DNA of 64,000 nt from Candidatus Poribacteria bacterium (GCA_965208325.1 OZ242326.1:1088001-1152000), one strand, 5' to 3'. Positions 8,752 to 19,591 are shown, counted from the stretch's first letter. A program made the numbers and translations. The notes: generated from the sequence alone by a model not told the origin.

Positions 8752-11583
8752 ATGAAATTCTGGTCAAAGCTATGCTATGCCGCGTTTCTCGCCTTGTTAA
8801 TTAACAGCACTTACAAGATTAGCTTCGGAGAACCGACAAAATTCTACATTGCGAATGGGTTAATTCACATTCTCCTTGGGGTTGCCTTGATTATCCCATT
8901 CGTCATCTATGCGTGCAGGCATTTTACCGCTTTGACTGCAGCTGGAAAAAGCGCGGTAGTCTTGCTTGGGCTTGGAGCAGTTTCGGGCGGATGCTTGATG
9001 AATGTCGGCGCGACGACACCCTATCGTTGGCTGCTCATGCTCCACATTATCACCGTGACGCTCGGCACGATTCTGTTTATCGGCGACCTGTTCTACCGTT
9101 CAAGACTGCACGCCGCTACGATTCAATTCAAGAAGGCAGCGAACACGGGAGTAGTTGTCCTCGGAATCGTCTTGCTTTTCCCATTCGCAGCGAAAATTAT
9201 CCAGCATTACCTGCCAAACCCGGACTACCTGGTCCAGAATCCGCTGTCGCCGCCAACCAGCATGTATGAGGAAGGGGGCGGTACCGACGGCCCATTTTTC
9301 CCCGGCTCTGTCGAAACATACTCCGGCGATATTATCCCAACTGACTTCTTCTTGACATCTGACTCCTGCGCCGAGAGCGGATGTCATCCCGACATTTATG
9401 AGCAGTGGAACGAGTCGGCGCACCATTTCGCTTCCTTCAACAATCAGTGGTACCGAAAATCAATAATGTATATGCAAGATATGAACGGGATTCAGCCGTC
9501 CAAATGGTGCGGCGGGTGTCACGATCCCGCCATACTGCTCAACGGCGTGATGGACTTCCCAATCCGTGAGAATTTGCACACCCCAGCGGCCCAAGCCGGG
9601 CTCTCGTGTACGGCATGCCATTCGATGGAGAAGGTGAAGGACACAATGGGCAATAATGGGTACATTATCAAATATCCGCCCCTGCATGACATCGCCGCTA
9701 GCGATAATCCAATCGTTCGGAAACTCCATAATTACCTCATCCGCCTCGACCCGGAACCGCACAAAAAGAGTTTTCTCAAGCCTTTCCACCGCGATAACAC
9801 CGCGGAATTTTGCTCGACGTGCCACAAAGTACACCTTGACGAACCCGTCAACAATTTCCGCTGGTTCCGCGGTTTTAATGACTACGACCAATGGCAATCC
9901 AGCGGCGTTTCCCATCAGGGGGCGCTGTCGTTTTACTATCCTGAGAAAGCAAAGAAGTGCACAGACTGCCACATGCCGCTTGTCGCTTCAAATGATGCTG
10001 GAAACATAAACGGTAAAGTTCACAATCACCGGTTTCCGGGCGCAAATACGGCATTGCCTTTAGTAAACAAACATGACGAGCAGCTCAAGTTAGTTACCGA
10101 ATTTCTGCAAGATAATCAAGTAACAGTCGATATCTTTGCCTTGAGTCCGGCGACGCCGATTCAACTATACGGCGATTCCAGCGCCGCTGGCGGCCCCTCC
10201 GTCTTCAGTATGACGGGGGAAGAGAGTGACGTAGGCCGAGCGGTAGGCACTGTGACAGACGTCGCGAAGATTGTTGCCCCAATTGACCAATCTAATGCAG
10301 CCGTCAAACGCGGCGATTCGGTTCGCGTCGATGTCGTGGTACGCACAAGAGGCGTGGGACACCGGTTCCCCGCCGGAACAATTGATGCTTTCGATGTCTG
10401 GGTGGAGTTGAAGGCGACCGACGAAAACGGCAAGATCCTCTTCTGGAGCGGTATGATTGAGGCAGAAGACGGAAACGGCCCTGTTGATGAAAGCGCGCAT
10501 TTCTACCGCGCTTACATGTTGGATGAGCACGGAAACCTTATCAATAAACGTAATGCGTGGGCGACCCGGACGGTTCTCTACGCTCGCACCATTCCACCCG
10601 GCGCGGCTGACACGGTTCACTACAGGCTTTCCATTCCCGATGATTGCGGGGACAAGATTTACCTGCACGCAAAGCTGAATTATCGCAAGTTCAACTGGTG
10701 GCACACCCAATGGGCGTACGCGGGAGTTCGCGATCCTGACGACACCGATTTTAAATATGGTAAAGGGTACGATGATGGGCGCTGGGTGTTTACGGGCGTC
10801 ACATCAGATGTCGCCGGCAAAATCAAAGCTATTCCCAATCTACCAATCGTCGTGATGGCTGAGGACACGGCGTCCCTAAACGTGATTGACGCCGATACCG
10901 TACCGTCCGAACCTAAAGTCATCGCTGGAGAAAATGATCGTGAGCGATGGAACGACTACGGCATCGGCCTCTTCCTTCAAGGCGATCTCAAAGGCGCAGA
11001 AGCGGTGTTCAAGAAGGTCACTGAGATTGATTCGGAATACCTGGACGGCTGGGTAAACATCGCTCGATGCCGCATTCGGGAAGGGAACATGAGTGGCGCA
11101 GACGAAGTGCTCAATAAGGCTTTTGAAATTCAGCAAAATTTGCCGCCGGAAAACTCGCATCGCGCGAAAGTACATTACTTTTTTGCCTTAGTCAAAAAGG
11201 CCTACGGTGAGTACGACGCCGCTCTTCATCAGTTGCGTTTAGCTGCCGCGCAATTCCCGCGCGACAGAAAAGTGCGCAATGAAATTGGCCGTCTGCTGTA
11301 CCTCCAACGCAAATATGAGGATGCACTGGTTGAATTTCAGAAAACCGTGGAGGTTAATCCAGAGGATTTGGACGCGCACTACAACATGATGCTCTGTTAT
11401 CGCGCGCTGAAGAATCAAGTAATGGCGGCGAAAGAAGAAAAGTTGTACCGGCGATTCAAAGAGGATGAAGCCGTCGAATCCATTACGGGTCCTGTGCGCC
11501 GCACAAATCCTTTCGCCAATATAGAGCGCCAACAGATTCACGAACATACATCCGCATGGAGAAGCGGCACCACTGGATACTAA
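8752..11583 (+). CDS. Membrane-anchored multiheme c-type cytochrome with C-terminal TPR repeats
   Basis: N-terminal hydrophobic helices; CGGCH, CTACH, CSTCH, CTDCH plus atypical CAESGCH; GHRFPAG motif; C-terminal TPR-like repeats (WNDYGIGL..., AHYNMMLCY). Confidence 0.85.
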   Translation: MKFWSKLCYAAFLALLINSTYKISFGEPTKFYIANGLIHILLGVALIIPFVIYACRHFTALTAAGKSAVVLLGLGAVSGGCLMNVGATTPYRWLLMLHIITVTLGTILFIGDLFYRSRLHAATIQFKKAANTGVVVLGIVLLFPFAAKIIQHYLPNPDYLVQNPLSPPTSMYEEGGGTDGPFFPGSVETYSGDIIPTDFFLTSDSCAESGCHPDIYEQWNESAHHFASFNNQWYRKSIMYMQDMNGIQPSKWCGGCHDPAILLNGVMDFPIRENLHTPAAQAGLSCTACHSMEKVKDTMGNNGYIIKYPPLHDIAASDNPIVRKLHNYLIRLDPEPHKKSFLKPFHRDNTAEFCSTCHKVHLDEPVNNFRWFRGFNDYDQWQSSGVSHQGALSFYYPEKAKKCTDCHMPLVASNDAGNINGKVHNHRFPGANTALPLVNKHDEQLKLVTEFLQDNQVTVDIFALSPATPIQLYGDSSAAGGPSVFSMTGEESDVGRAVGTVTDVAKIVAPIDQSNAAVKRGDSVRVDVVVRTRGVGHRFPAGTIDAFDVWVELKATDENGKILFWSGMIEAEDGNGPVDESAHFYRAYMLDEHGNLINKRNAWATRTVLYARTIPPGAADTVHYRLSIPDDCGDKIYLHAKLNYRKFNWWHTQWAYAGVRDPDDTDFKYGKGYDDGRWVFTGVTSDVAGKIKAIPNLPIVVMAEDTASLNVIDADTVPSEPKVIAGENDRERWNDYGIGLFLQGDLKGAEAVFKKVTEIDSEYLDGWVNIARCRIREGNMSGADEVLNKAFEIQQNLPPENSHRAKVHYFFALVKKAYGEYDAALHQLRLAAAQFPRDRKVRNEIGRLLYLQRKYEDALVEFQKTVEVNPEDLDAHYNMMLCYRALKNQVMAAKEEKLYRRFKEDEAVESITGPVRRTNPFANIERQQIHEHTSAWRSGTTGY

Positions 11584-11780
11584 GTACACCGGCCCTGTAC
11601 TACTAAAACGAATCATCCCATATTTGCGGCGGCATTAGGACATACATGCCGAATTCAAGAAAAACACCCTTCACTCTCAACTCGCAATGAGGTAAGGATA
11701 GATCATCTCGACAAGAACAGAATTGTGAGCGTCTGCCTATATAACCTACTGGTTGTCGCATTCCTGTTTATTGGAGGTCA

Positions 11781-12731
11781 ATGATGCTAAACGCCGGTTT
11801 TATCGGCGCAGGCCGCCGCGCGCAGGGCGGCCATTACCCATGCGTCAATCGCCTCGGCGGTGCCACCATTGTGGCTGTCGCCGAACTCGACGAAAACCGA
11901 ATGAAGCAGGTTGTGGAGACGTACGATATCCCGCGTACGTTTTCCGACTATCGTACTATGCTCAATGAAGTGGACCTCGACGTGGTTTACATCATCATGG
12001 GCGAGACGCTTGTTACTCAACCCGCCGTTGACTGCATGAACGCGGGAAAGCACGTTTTTGTCGAAAAACCGCCGGGCGCGAACACTAACGAATCCCAAGA
12101 CCTGCTAAATGCCGCCGTTAGAAATAACGTCTACTGTATGGTGGGATACCAACGGCGTTATACTGCAGTAACCCAAGAAGCCATGCGGCGAGTTAAAGAA
12201 AAGGGACCTGCAACACTCGCGGTTGGAGAGTTTCACAAGCTGTTACGCGAAGGGCCAGGCGCCACCAGCACATTGTGGAATGATGGCTGCCACGTGGTGG
12301 ATCTCGTGCGCTACATGGTCGGCAGCAGCGTCGTCGAAGTGCACGCTTATCAGGACAGCCATGCGTCAACTTGGCCGAATTGTTACAACGGTTTGATTCG
12401 ATTTGCTAGCAATGCGGTTGGAATTGTCACGGCGAACCGTTCGTCTGGAGCCAGGTACTTGCGTGCGGAACTGCATGGGCTAGGTGTTGCCGCTTATATG
12501 CAAATACCGGAACGAATGGAAATTTACGAAGCCAACAGCGGTCCGGAAATTCTCACGGGGTCACAAATCTGCGGGACAGACCCTAACGATGCAATGCGTT
12601 ATGAAGGCACATTGGAAATGCACTCGCATTTTGTCCAGTGTATTCATAACGGCGAGACGCCCTGCAGCGATATACGCGATGTCATACAAACATCACACCT
12701 CGTTGACCAGTTGGAGGGGCTGACACACTGA
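11781..12731 (+). CDS. Gfo/Idh/MocA family oxidoreductase
   Basis: GFIGAG, HVFVEKP, GYQRR and GCHVVD motifs; GGAGG RBS. Confidence 0.92.
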   Translation: MMLNAGFIGAGRRAQGGHYPCVNRLGGATIVAVAELDENRMKQVVETYDIPRTFSDYRTMLNEVDLDVVYIIMGETLVTQPAVDCMNAGKHVFVEKPPGANTNESQDLLNAAVRNNVYCMVGYQRRYTAVTQEAMRRVKEKGPATLAVGEFHKLLREGPGATSTLWNDGCHVVDLVRYMVGSSVVEVHAYQDSHASTWPNCYNGLIRFASNAVGIVTANRSSGARYLRAELHGLGVAAYMQIPERMEIYEANSGPEILTGSQICGTDPNDAMRYEGTLEMHSHFVQCIHNGETPCSDIRDVIQTSHLVDQLEGLTH

Positions 12732-12783
12732 AAACCTGTATGAAAATTCATTTTATACAGCCCTAGAGGGGCAACAAGTGGGT

Positions 12784-12968
12784 AGTACCCCACTACCTTC
12801 CGTAGGCGGGGCATCTTGCCCCGCACCCGCCACCACGCCCTGTAGGCGGGGATCAAGCGACTGAATAGGGAGTGCGATAGAGATCTTCATTGCCCCGCAC
12901 AATGCTGGAGTAAGGTATTTGGTGGAATCAAGCGACCCCATAGCATCAACTGAGCGAATAGCGAAGGC
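12784..12968. repeat. Cluster of REP-like palindromes between convergent genes
   Basis: GTAG-GCGGGGCA-TCT-TGCCCCGC at 12802 (identical to copies at 60137 and 60263); second copy at 12842 with a 37-bp insert; ATCAACTGAGCGAATAGCGAAGGC at 12945-12968 identical to 23955-23978. Confidence 0.85.
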
Positions 12969-13124
12969 AATCGTGAATCCAGCGCGATAGAATTTCCACC
13001 AGTTATGCCAACGCAAAAACCCAATAACGGCTTTGTCACATATTATTCAAACAAGCTCTGATAACCACGGTGCCAGTTCGGTTTACAGCCGTTCAATAAC
13101 CTCTATTAAAGCGATAATGAAGCC

Positions 13125-13925
13125 TCAAGCCAAGTATTTCCCGGGCGATCTGGTGCGTTCATATGCAGCTTCAGGATCGCGCTTAAGGATAGCCTCCGGC
13201 ACCTCATCGGTCCAATACTTCGGCGCAGTGCACGGGCGATCGTGCCATCCTAGCAACAGCGTGCGCCGCTGTGTACTGCGGTTACCACGCGCCGCATGCA
13301 GCACGCGCCCCTCACCAATGACCAGAGAACCTGCGGTCGCCGGCACATCAATGGCGTCGGGATGATCGTAAAACATATGCGGATCGCTCTCTGAAACGTA
13401 ATATGCCCCTTGTTCATGAGCGGGCGTCAGGCGGTCGTGCAGCGGAATGCGGTTGAGATGCGTCCCGGGAATCACTCGAAAACACCCGTTTTCTATGCTC
13501 GTATCCACCAGATAATAGGATAGGAATATATACTGTACCCATGGCGCCGTGCTTATCGGGTCGTTCCAGCGCATCCAGTCTTGGTGCCAATAGAGCGGCG
13601 GCGCACCCGGCGGTTTACTGAGGATAATGAATCCGCCGTGGGAATAGAAATCGTCCAGTTGCATCGCGTTAAGTACCTCCCACGTCGGTTCCCAGTGAAT
13701 TAACCGGTCAATTACCGGTTCCGCAGTGCCCCGTACCGACAGATCAGAACCCTGGTACTTCCATTCCGGAGGGTGCGCTACAGAATCAAGCAACCGGTTG
13801 GTCTCCCGCCGCAACTCGTCAAGAAAATCATCGGACAATAACTCCTCCACCACGCAATACCCATCCTTGATTAACTGGTTGCGCTTCTCAAGCGCGGTAT
13901 CAGGTTCCACGATAACCGGGTTCAC
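13125..13925 (-). CDS. Phytanoyl-CoA dioxygenase (PhyH) family Fe(II)/2OG dioxygenase
   Basis: WHQD, ENGCFRVIPGTH and VLHAARGNRS motifs. Confidence 0.9.
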   Translation of the reverse strand: MNPVIVEPDTALEKRNQLIKDGYCVVEELLSDDFLDELRRETNRLLDSVAHPPEWKYQGSDLSVRGTAEPVIDRLIHWEPTWEVLNAMQLDDFYSHGGFIILSKPPGAPPLYWHQDWMRWNDPISTAPWVQYIFLSYYLVDTSIENGCFRVIPGTHLNRIPLHDRLTPAHEQGAYYVSESDPHMFYDHPDAIDVPATAGSLVIGEGRVLHAARGNRSTQRRTLLLGWHDRPCTAPKYWTDEVPEAILKRDPEAAYERTRSPGKYLA

Positions 13926-14012
13926 CCTCTCATTCTGATGTTAGAGTAGCATCTCACGCGCCCTATACCAACGAAACTGTCAATTACTGTCCGATGCGAT
14001 AGTTATGTATAA

Positions 14013-16409
14013 TTATTCGCAGGATTCGCTGTCGGAATCCTCTTTATTGCCGGCTTGGATGATTCGGTGCGCAAATCCGCCGGGGGCGCAAAATTCTCGA
14101 ATGTCTTGCCCGAACAACGCCGGGGGCACCGCCCATATTGCCATACCAAAGTAATCATCGCAAGCGCGCGGCACCGCGCCGTCTGTCTTGAAGAAACCTT
14201 GCGGAAAATCCCAGGCAAAAAGATGTTCTAACACCAAGTTGCGGAGCATCTGCTCCATAATTTCCGCCGCCGCTTCTGGACGCCCTTGATAAGCGAATTC
14301 TGCTGAAAGCAATGCGTTGTGCGACGGAAATATACCTTCTGAATCCACCGACCCGGAGCTATCAATTGACCCATCCGGACGCATTGAGTTCGCAGCGCCT
14401 ACCGCTATCGGTTTGACGCACAGCCGTTCAATGGTATCCAGCACGGCGTTCAATCGGTCCGCAGGAAACACCTCCGGCAGTCCGAGGAGCGCGCAACTGA
14501 AAGACCCTTCCAACTGGTAGGAAAAAACGGTGTCCGATCGGTATTCCGTGCCCGGCGCGTTATACGTATAGTAGGATTGCGCATCCGCATTCCACAAAGT
14601 CTCCTCCATCGCCCGGCTTCCCCGGTCAATCCAATCCCGGCACATCTCGGCGAAGGTTCTGTCGCCAAGGTGCTCCGCCATCCGCTCAGCAACTCTCAGC
14701 GCGCATAGCCAATGCCCCGCCGTATACGAGGCGTTGCCGCGCCAATCCCAAGAATCGTAAGGCTGGCCCCGCGGAGCGGTAATCGGATCATATGAAACCA
14801 ACCCGTCATCGTAGACCGACTGCGTCATGTGAAAACGCATAGCGCGTTTGATAGTCGGATAAAATTCACACACCACTCCGTCATCGCCAGTCCGCTGCCA
14901 CAGCCGATCCACCATTTCAGTAAACAGGAAGCCGTTAACCAATGGGTGCGCGTAAGCAGGCATGTCGTGCTCATTTATGCCGAGTTGCAAGGGTATCCGT
15001 CCGTCATCCAGTTGATAGGCTGCTATCGCGCGAAGTGTTCCCCGCCTGAGTTCGGGGAAAAAATAGGTGATGGCAAAATCGCCCCAAACGGCTTGACAGA
15101 TGACTTCTCGGAGCGGCATCGTCCGCGCAGCTTCAACAAGGGTTAACAGCCCGTCTCGCGGATTTGCGCCCGGGAGGCGTATGTATGAACTGTCCTTTGT
15201 GATCAGGTGAAGGATGTTCACGAGTGCGTCGCGCAAGTAATCCGGCAATGTCTCGTCGGAATAGATTTCCCCCTGCCAAGCGAGCACATTCGCCAGCAAG
15301 GACGAGTGTTCATTCGCTAAGTGTTGGGCAACCTCAAGCGGACTCCTAAAATGTGTATGGTACATGTTGATTGTACGAGTCTTTGGCCAATACGGTGCGT
15401 ACCAAGACAGCACAAACCGAACTGTTTTCGTTTCGCCCGGATTGAGTGTAATGTCCGCTGCCACGGAACTCCCTAAATCCCCGCGCTGCGGCTGCGGCAG
15501 GGTTTCTGCGATGTTAGCCCATCCATTGTCACGTAGCGGTCCGCCCGCACGGACGTTATCGGCATTCAGGACGCCCAAAGCATATCCGTTCGGCACCCAA
15601 TTCTCAGAAACCGGATATCCGCCGGGAAATTTAGCGTCCGGATCGGGGCCGGGCCAACCGCCAGACCAAGCAGTAACCGCCACCCCGCGAAAAGGGCTTG
15701 TGACATCCTCACGCTGAACATCGGAGGCGCCTCGCGTTTCATCCTCGTCCGGACCCGGAAAGCTGAACGCAACCGTGCCGCGTTGCGCACGATTGCTCGT
15801 GTTTCTCAGGCGTAACTCAAAGACAGCGCCGGGAATGTTCGATTTTACCGAATCTCCCGGAATAAAGGGCGTCCACGCACGTAATCCGATACGGATGGGT
15901 GCACCAAGTTCGTATTCCAAATCGGCGACCGGGTAGTGCCCCCAATAGTGAATCTGCTGCGCACCCTTTACGCCGTCCGGGGCATCGAGACATAGCACGT
16001 AGCTTTTGTCTCCCAACGCCAGACCGAGGAATGGCAGGTCAACGTTACGAGTCTGCGGCACCGGCGTTGTCCACCAGTTCAATTTCGCCCCGGTATCCGG
16101 GTTAGCCAAGTTGTTGTAGAGAGACCAGCCGCCAAGTCGACCGTCCAGACGCAGCGTTACGTAACCGGTGCCAATGCCTCCCAACGGTACGCCGCATTCT
16201 CGAATTAAAGGCCAATGCGCTATGTGCGACGCCGTCACTTCGGGATTGCTGAATCCGGTATACGGCACGCCGCCGCCGTTACGGTAAATCACACCCACCA
16301 CCGGTTGCGCGTATCCTTGGGCGTCAAATGTCTGCCATTGCCGTTCGGGCAAGTCAGTGGGAAATAGTTCGTGATGGTGCGGGTTCCCAACGGTAGAGGA
16401 GGGGCTCAT
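14013..16409 (-). CDS. GH116 family glycoside hydrolase (GBA2-like)
   Basis: GVPLGGIGTG and HYPVA N-terminal motifs, WTPFIPGD...SNIP, QPYDSW and WLCALR in the catalytic region. Confidence 0.82.
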   Translation of the reverse strand: MSPSSTVGNPHHHELFPTDLPERQWQTFDAQGYAQPVVGVIYRNGGGVPYTGFSNPEVTASHIAHWPLIRECGVPLGGIGTGYVTLRLDGRLGGWSLYNNLANPDTGAKLNWWTTPVPQTRNVDLPFLGLALGDKSYVLCLDAPDGVKGAQQIHYWGHYPVADLEYELGAPIRIGLRAWTPFIPGDSVKSNIPGAVFELRLRNTSNRAQRGTVAFSFPGPDEDETRGASDVQREDVTSPFRGVAVTAWSGGWPGPDPDAKFPGGYPVSENWVPNGYALGVLNADNVRAGGPLRDNGWANIAETLPQPQRGDLGSSVAADITLNPGETKTVRFVLSWYAPYWPKTRTINMYHTHFRSPLEVAQHLANEHSSLLANVLAWQGEIYSDETLPDYLRDALVNILHLITKDSSYIRLPGANPRDGLLTLVEAARTMPLREVICQAVWGDFAITYFFPELRRGTLRAIAAYQLDDGRIPLQLGINEHDMPAYAHPLVNGFLFTEMVDRLWQRTGDDGVVCEFYPTIKRAMRFHMTQSVYDDGLVSYDPITAPRGQPYDSWDWRGNASYTAGHWLCALRVAERMAEHLGDRTFAEMCRDWIDRGSRAMEETLWNADAQSYYTYNAPGTEYRSDTVFSYQLEGSFSCALLGLPEVFPADRLNAVLDTIERLCVKPIAVGAANSMRPDGSIDSSGSVDSEGIFPSHNALLSAEFAYQGRPEAAAEIMEQMLRNLVLEHLFAWDFPQGFFKTDGAVPRACDDYFGMAIWAVPPALFGQDIREFCAPGGFAHRIIQAGNKEDSDSESCE

Positions 16410-16719
16410 ACTTATCTCCCGTGGTCGTCTTTGTTCAATAAAATTGCGCTATTTCTTAGATTAAGTATGAGGCGATTATAGCACTATTCTTGAATCCGGT
16501 CAAGAGCAATGCTCTGCATGGCTTTAAATGCAACATCAAGTCCATTTTAACCAAAATCCGCCGAACTTCACGGCCGCAGGTTGTGCCGCTGTTACAGTTT
16601 GAACAAAACCACTGTTAGCGCATCAGGTAACTGCGCCGTTTACATTTTTCTCTTGACAATTCAGGCGACCTGTGAAATTATATGGCTTTTTGGCAGATCA
16701 TTCGAGAGGAGAGAATTCT

Positions 16720-17064
16720 ATGGAGATAAATGTTCGTGAAAGTCAAGGCGTTACGGTATTTGACCTCAGTGGCAGGATTATCGGCGCCGACAGCAATCAA
16801 CTCAAGCAAGCTATAGACCAATCAATAGAGGAATCGGAAAAACCGAAACTGTTGTTCAATCTATCCGGCGTTTCAATGTTAGATAGTACCGGTCTAGGAA
16901 CCTTGGTCGGCTCTCATCTGTCGGCGTCGCGGAAAGGCGGGCGTATCGGTATTATCAATGTTGCGGAGGGCGCGCAGAGCATATTGATAATTGCCAAGTT
17001 GGTTTCAGTGCTGGAGCGTTTCGAATCGGAAGCGGAAGCAGTTGACGCATTAACGTCTAGTTGA
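16720..17064 (+). CDS. STAS-domain anti-sigma factor antagonist
   Basis: LSGVSMLDSTGLGTL phosphoacceptor motif; GAGGAG RBS before ATG 16720. Confidence 0.92.
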   Translation: MEINVRESQGVTVFDLSGRIIGADSNQLKQAIDQSIEESEKPKLLFNLSGVSMLDSTGLGTLVGSHLSASRKGGRIGIINVAEGAQSILIIAKLVSVLERFESEAEAVDALTSS

Positions 17065-17213
17065 GCGCGTTTCCAAGTCGGTCTGCCATCCGGCGTCGTT
17101 GAATTTCAACGTGGTTAAGGAGTATACCGATGGGCTTATAAGAAGCGAAACCGCACGCGTAAATCTACATGATGCGAGCGCAAAATAGACGGTCGAGCCT
17201 CATCTCTTTTCCG

Positions 17214-17855
17214 CTAGACACTCAACCCCCACTCGAGTTGTTCGTTTTTCAGGTAGGGCAAGAGCAGCATTTGAAGACGGCGGTGAGCGTGGTGTAAATG
17301 CGCCTTGATAGTACCTTCCGATCGGTCCAACCGGGCGGCGATTTCTTTTAGCTGCAGCCCCTCCTGATAACGGAGATTAAAGACGCGTTGTTGTCCGGGC
17401 GGAAGTTGCCTGACTGCTCTGCCGATAATCTGTCCGAGTTCTTTCGTTACCGCTTGGTCCTGCGGCAGTGGATTGGAATCGTTAAATGTCCACTCCTCAT
17501 CGGTAGCAGCCGGCGATGTGTCAATCGGCAATATCTGGACACGTTTCTGTTGGCGAATGAAATCTATGCACTGATTGGTCGCGATTCGATAAAGCCAGCT
17601 ATAAAATGCCGCCTGTTTCTTGAACTGGGGTAGCGCTTGAAAGGCTTTGATAAATATATCTTGGCAGAGATCGTTCGCTGATTCAGGGTTGGAGACATAT
17701 TTGTAAACGACATTATATATTTTTCCTTGGTACCGCAAAACTAGCTCGTTGAAAACTTCCTTCTCGCCCTTCTGAAACCGGTCGATTAGTGCGCTTTCGT
17801 TAATGGATGCATTTCTCATTTCATTTGATGGGATGCCGCCAAATTCATTAACCAT
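17214..17855 (-). CDS. ECF RNA polymerase sigma factor
   Basis: DLCQDIF, FYSWLYRIATN (region 2) and LKEIAARL..SEGTIK (region 4). Confidence 0.93.
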   Translation of the reverse strand: MVNEFGGIPSNEMRNASINESALIDRFQKGEKEVFNELVLRYQGKIYNVVYKYVSNPESANDLCQDIFIKAFQALPQFKKQAAFYSWLYRIATNQCIDFIRQQKRVQILPIDTSPAATDEEWTFNDSNPLPQDQAVTKELGQIIGRAVRQLPPGQQRVFNLRYQEGLQLKEIAARLDRSEGTIKAHLHHAHRRLQMLLLPYLKNEQLEWGLSV

Positions 17856-18106
17856 TTCGGTCTCCTCCCGTAGGAATTATGTGACACGGCTTACCTCGCA
17901 ATAAAACTGTGGCGCGCACACTGCTTCGCTGTATTTAAGTTTATACACTACACTCTCTTCAATTAGTTCCATATCTTTTGATTTAGTGTTCCCACGGCGA
18001 AAAAATTAAAGATTGATTAGCTGCAACTGCTTAGCTTCGGAAGACTTACAATATTCTGCGGCGCAGGTTCCGGAAATGCGGCTCGCACCACTGAATCATC
18101 TATATC

Positions 18107-19528
18107 ATGCGGCGATATAGCATCCAAACCAAAATCATCTTGCCTTTCATGGTGTTCTCTGCCGTCGTTGTTTTCGGTGTAGCGCTCATAACCATGAATC
18201 AGTTCAATCGAATTTACGATGAGCAATTTAGCCGGGAGACTAGAGAATGGTTAAAGGTAATTGTGGGCACCGGTTATATTGACCATCCTAATAAGGTTAA
18301 GGAAGCATACGGTGCAGAGGTTATAGTGTTCAGTTCGCATAATGTCCTAAACGCCACAACGTTGCCGGAGGAATTGTCAGATGAAGAATTGGCTAATTTA
18401 ACCGTGAATATGAAACTCCGCGAAGCCCGAAAACTCATTCAGGAGTCAGACGCCGACCTGGTTATCCAGAATGTGACCGTTGGCGGAATGCCGTACAAAG
18501 CAATTTATTATTTGCTGCCGCATAATCGCCTTTACTGTTTGATGCGTCCAATGGACAAGATTGCCGCGGCAAAACGTCACGCCACGATGTTGATGTTGGG
18601 AATCACAGGCCTTGTCGTCTTATTAGTTGCAATCATCAGCCATTTTATTGGGAAAAATTTAGCAACTCCAATCAAGTCGCTGGTACGGTTCACAAAGCAG
18701 GTTGCCGAGGGTGATTTAGATGGGCAGTGTGAAGTAAAGACGCATGATGAGATTGGCGATTTGGCGACCGCATTTAATCAGATGACCCGCGATTTAAGGA
18801 ATTCTCGAGTTGAACTGATAAGTGCGGAACGTCTGGCTACGGCGGGAAAAATGGCGGCATCTTTTGCGCACGAAATCCGGAATCCGCTTTCATCAATGCG
18901 CATGGTCACCCAAATGTTGTCGCGAAAACAGGAACCAGCGAAGGAGAAACAACAGCAGTCCGTGGCGCATATTTTGGAAGAGATTGAACGGATTGATGTT
19001 ATTGTCAAAGGTTTTATGAATTTTGCGCGTCCAGCTTCGCTTGAACGCGCCCCACACAACCTAAATCAAGCCTTGGAAGCGGTGCTGAACCTCATGGAAG
19101 CCAACCTCAATCACCATCAAATTGCATTGAAAAAAAGATTCGACACCCGCCTTCCCGCTGTTTCGTTCGATTTGGATAAGATTAAACAGGCGTTTATGAA
19201 CATCGTGTTGAACGCCATGGATGCCATGCCTGACGGCGGCAGTCTCACAATCGTAACGTTGCGAGACTCGGACGACGTTCATATTGATGTTGCGGACACA
19301 GGCGGCGGCATCCCGCCAGAAGATTTAAATCGGCTGTTCGAGCCGTTCTTCACAACGAAACCCCAGGGCACAGGGCTTGGACTCGTAAATGCGAAACGGG
19401 TTTTTGAGCAGCATGGCGGGGACATAAAATTCAAGAGTGTCGTTGGAAGCGGCACTACGGTATCTTTGCGGATGCCGCTAACAAACAACAAAACACAGGG
19501 CGTGGAAGAGCGCGAAAAGCCGCATTGA
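18107..19528 (+). CDS. Membrane sensor histidine kinase with HAMP domain
   Basis: Two TM helices, HAMP (DEIGDLATAFNQM), AHEIRNPL H-box, N/G1/F/G2 boxes. Confidence 0.95.
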   Translation: MRRYSIQTKIILPFMVFSAVVVFGVALITMNQFNRIYDEQFSRETREWLKVIVGTGYIDHPNKVKEAYGAEVIVFSSHNVLNATTLPEELSDEELANLTVNMKLREARKLIQESDADLVIQNVTVGGMPYKAIYYLLPHNRLYCLMRPMDKIAAAKRHATMLMLGITGLVVLLVAIISHFIGKNLATPIKSLVRFTKQVAEGDLDGQCEVKTHDEIGDLATAFNQMTRDLRNSRVELISAERLATAGKMAASFAHEIRNPLSSMRMVTQMLSRKQEPAKEKQQQSVAHILEEIERIDVIVKGFMNFARPASLERAPHNLNQALEAVLNLMEANLNHHQIALKKRFDTRLPAVSFDLDKIKQAFMNIVLNAMDAMPDGGSLTIVTLRDSDDVHIDVADTGGGIPPEDLNRLFEPFFTTKPQGTGLGLVNAKRVFEQHGGDIKFKSVVGSGTTVSLRMPLTNNKTQGVEEREKPH

Positions 19529-19591
19529 GACGGGGCGGCCGCCGAATTCGTAAGCCGCCCAAGAGGCCGCGCCCGCTAAGGTGAGAAATCT

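Noticed and set aside
12644..13016. Short ORFs resembling ORF 60225-60473 (GKMPRLR)
   Set aside because: The similarity comes from the shared REP-like hairpin, not from a protein family.
17116..17172. Small basic peptide after a strong TAAGGAG RBS
   Set aside because: As sequenced it reads ATG GGC TTA TAA; the 13-aa MAYKKRNRTRKST needs a one-base deletion and has no other support.
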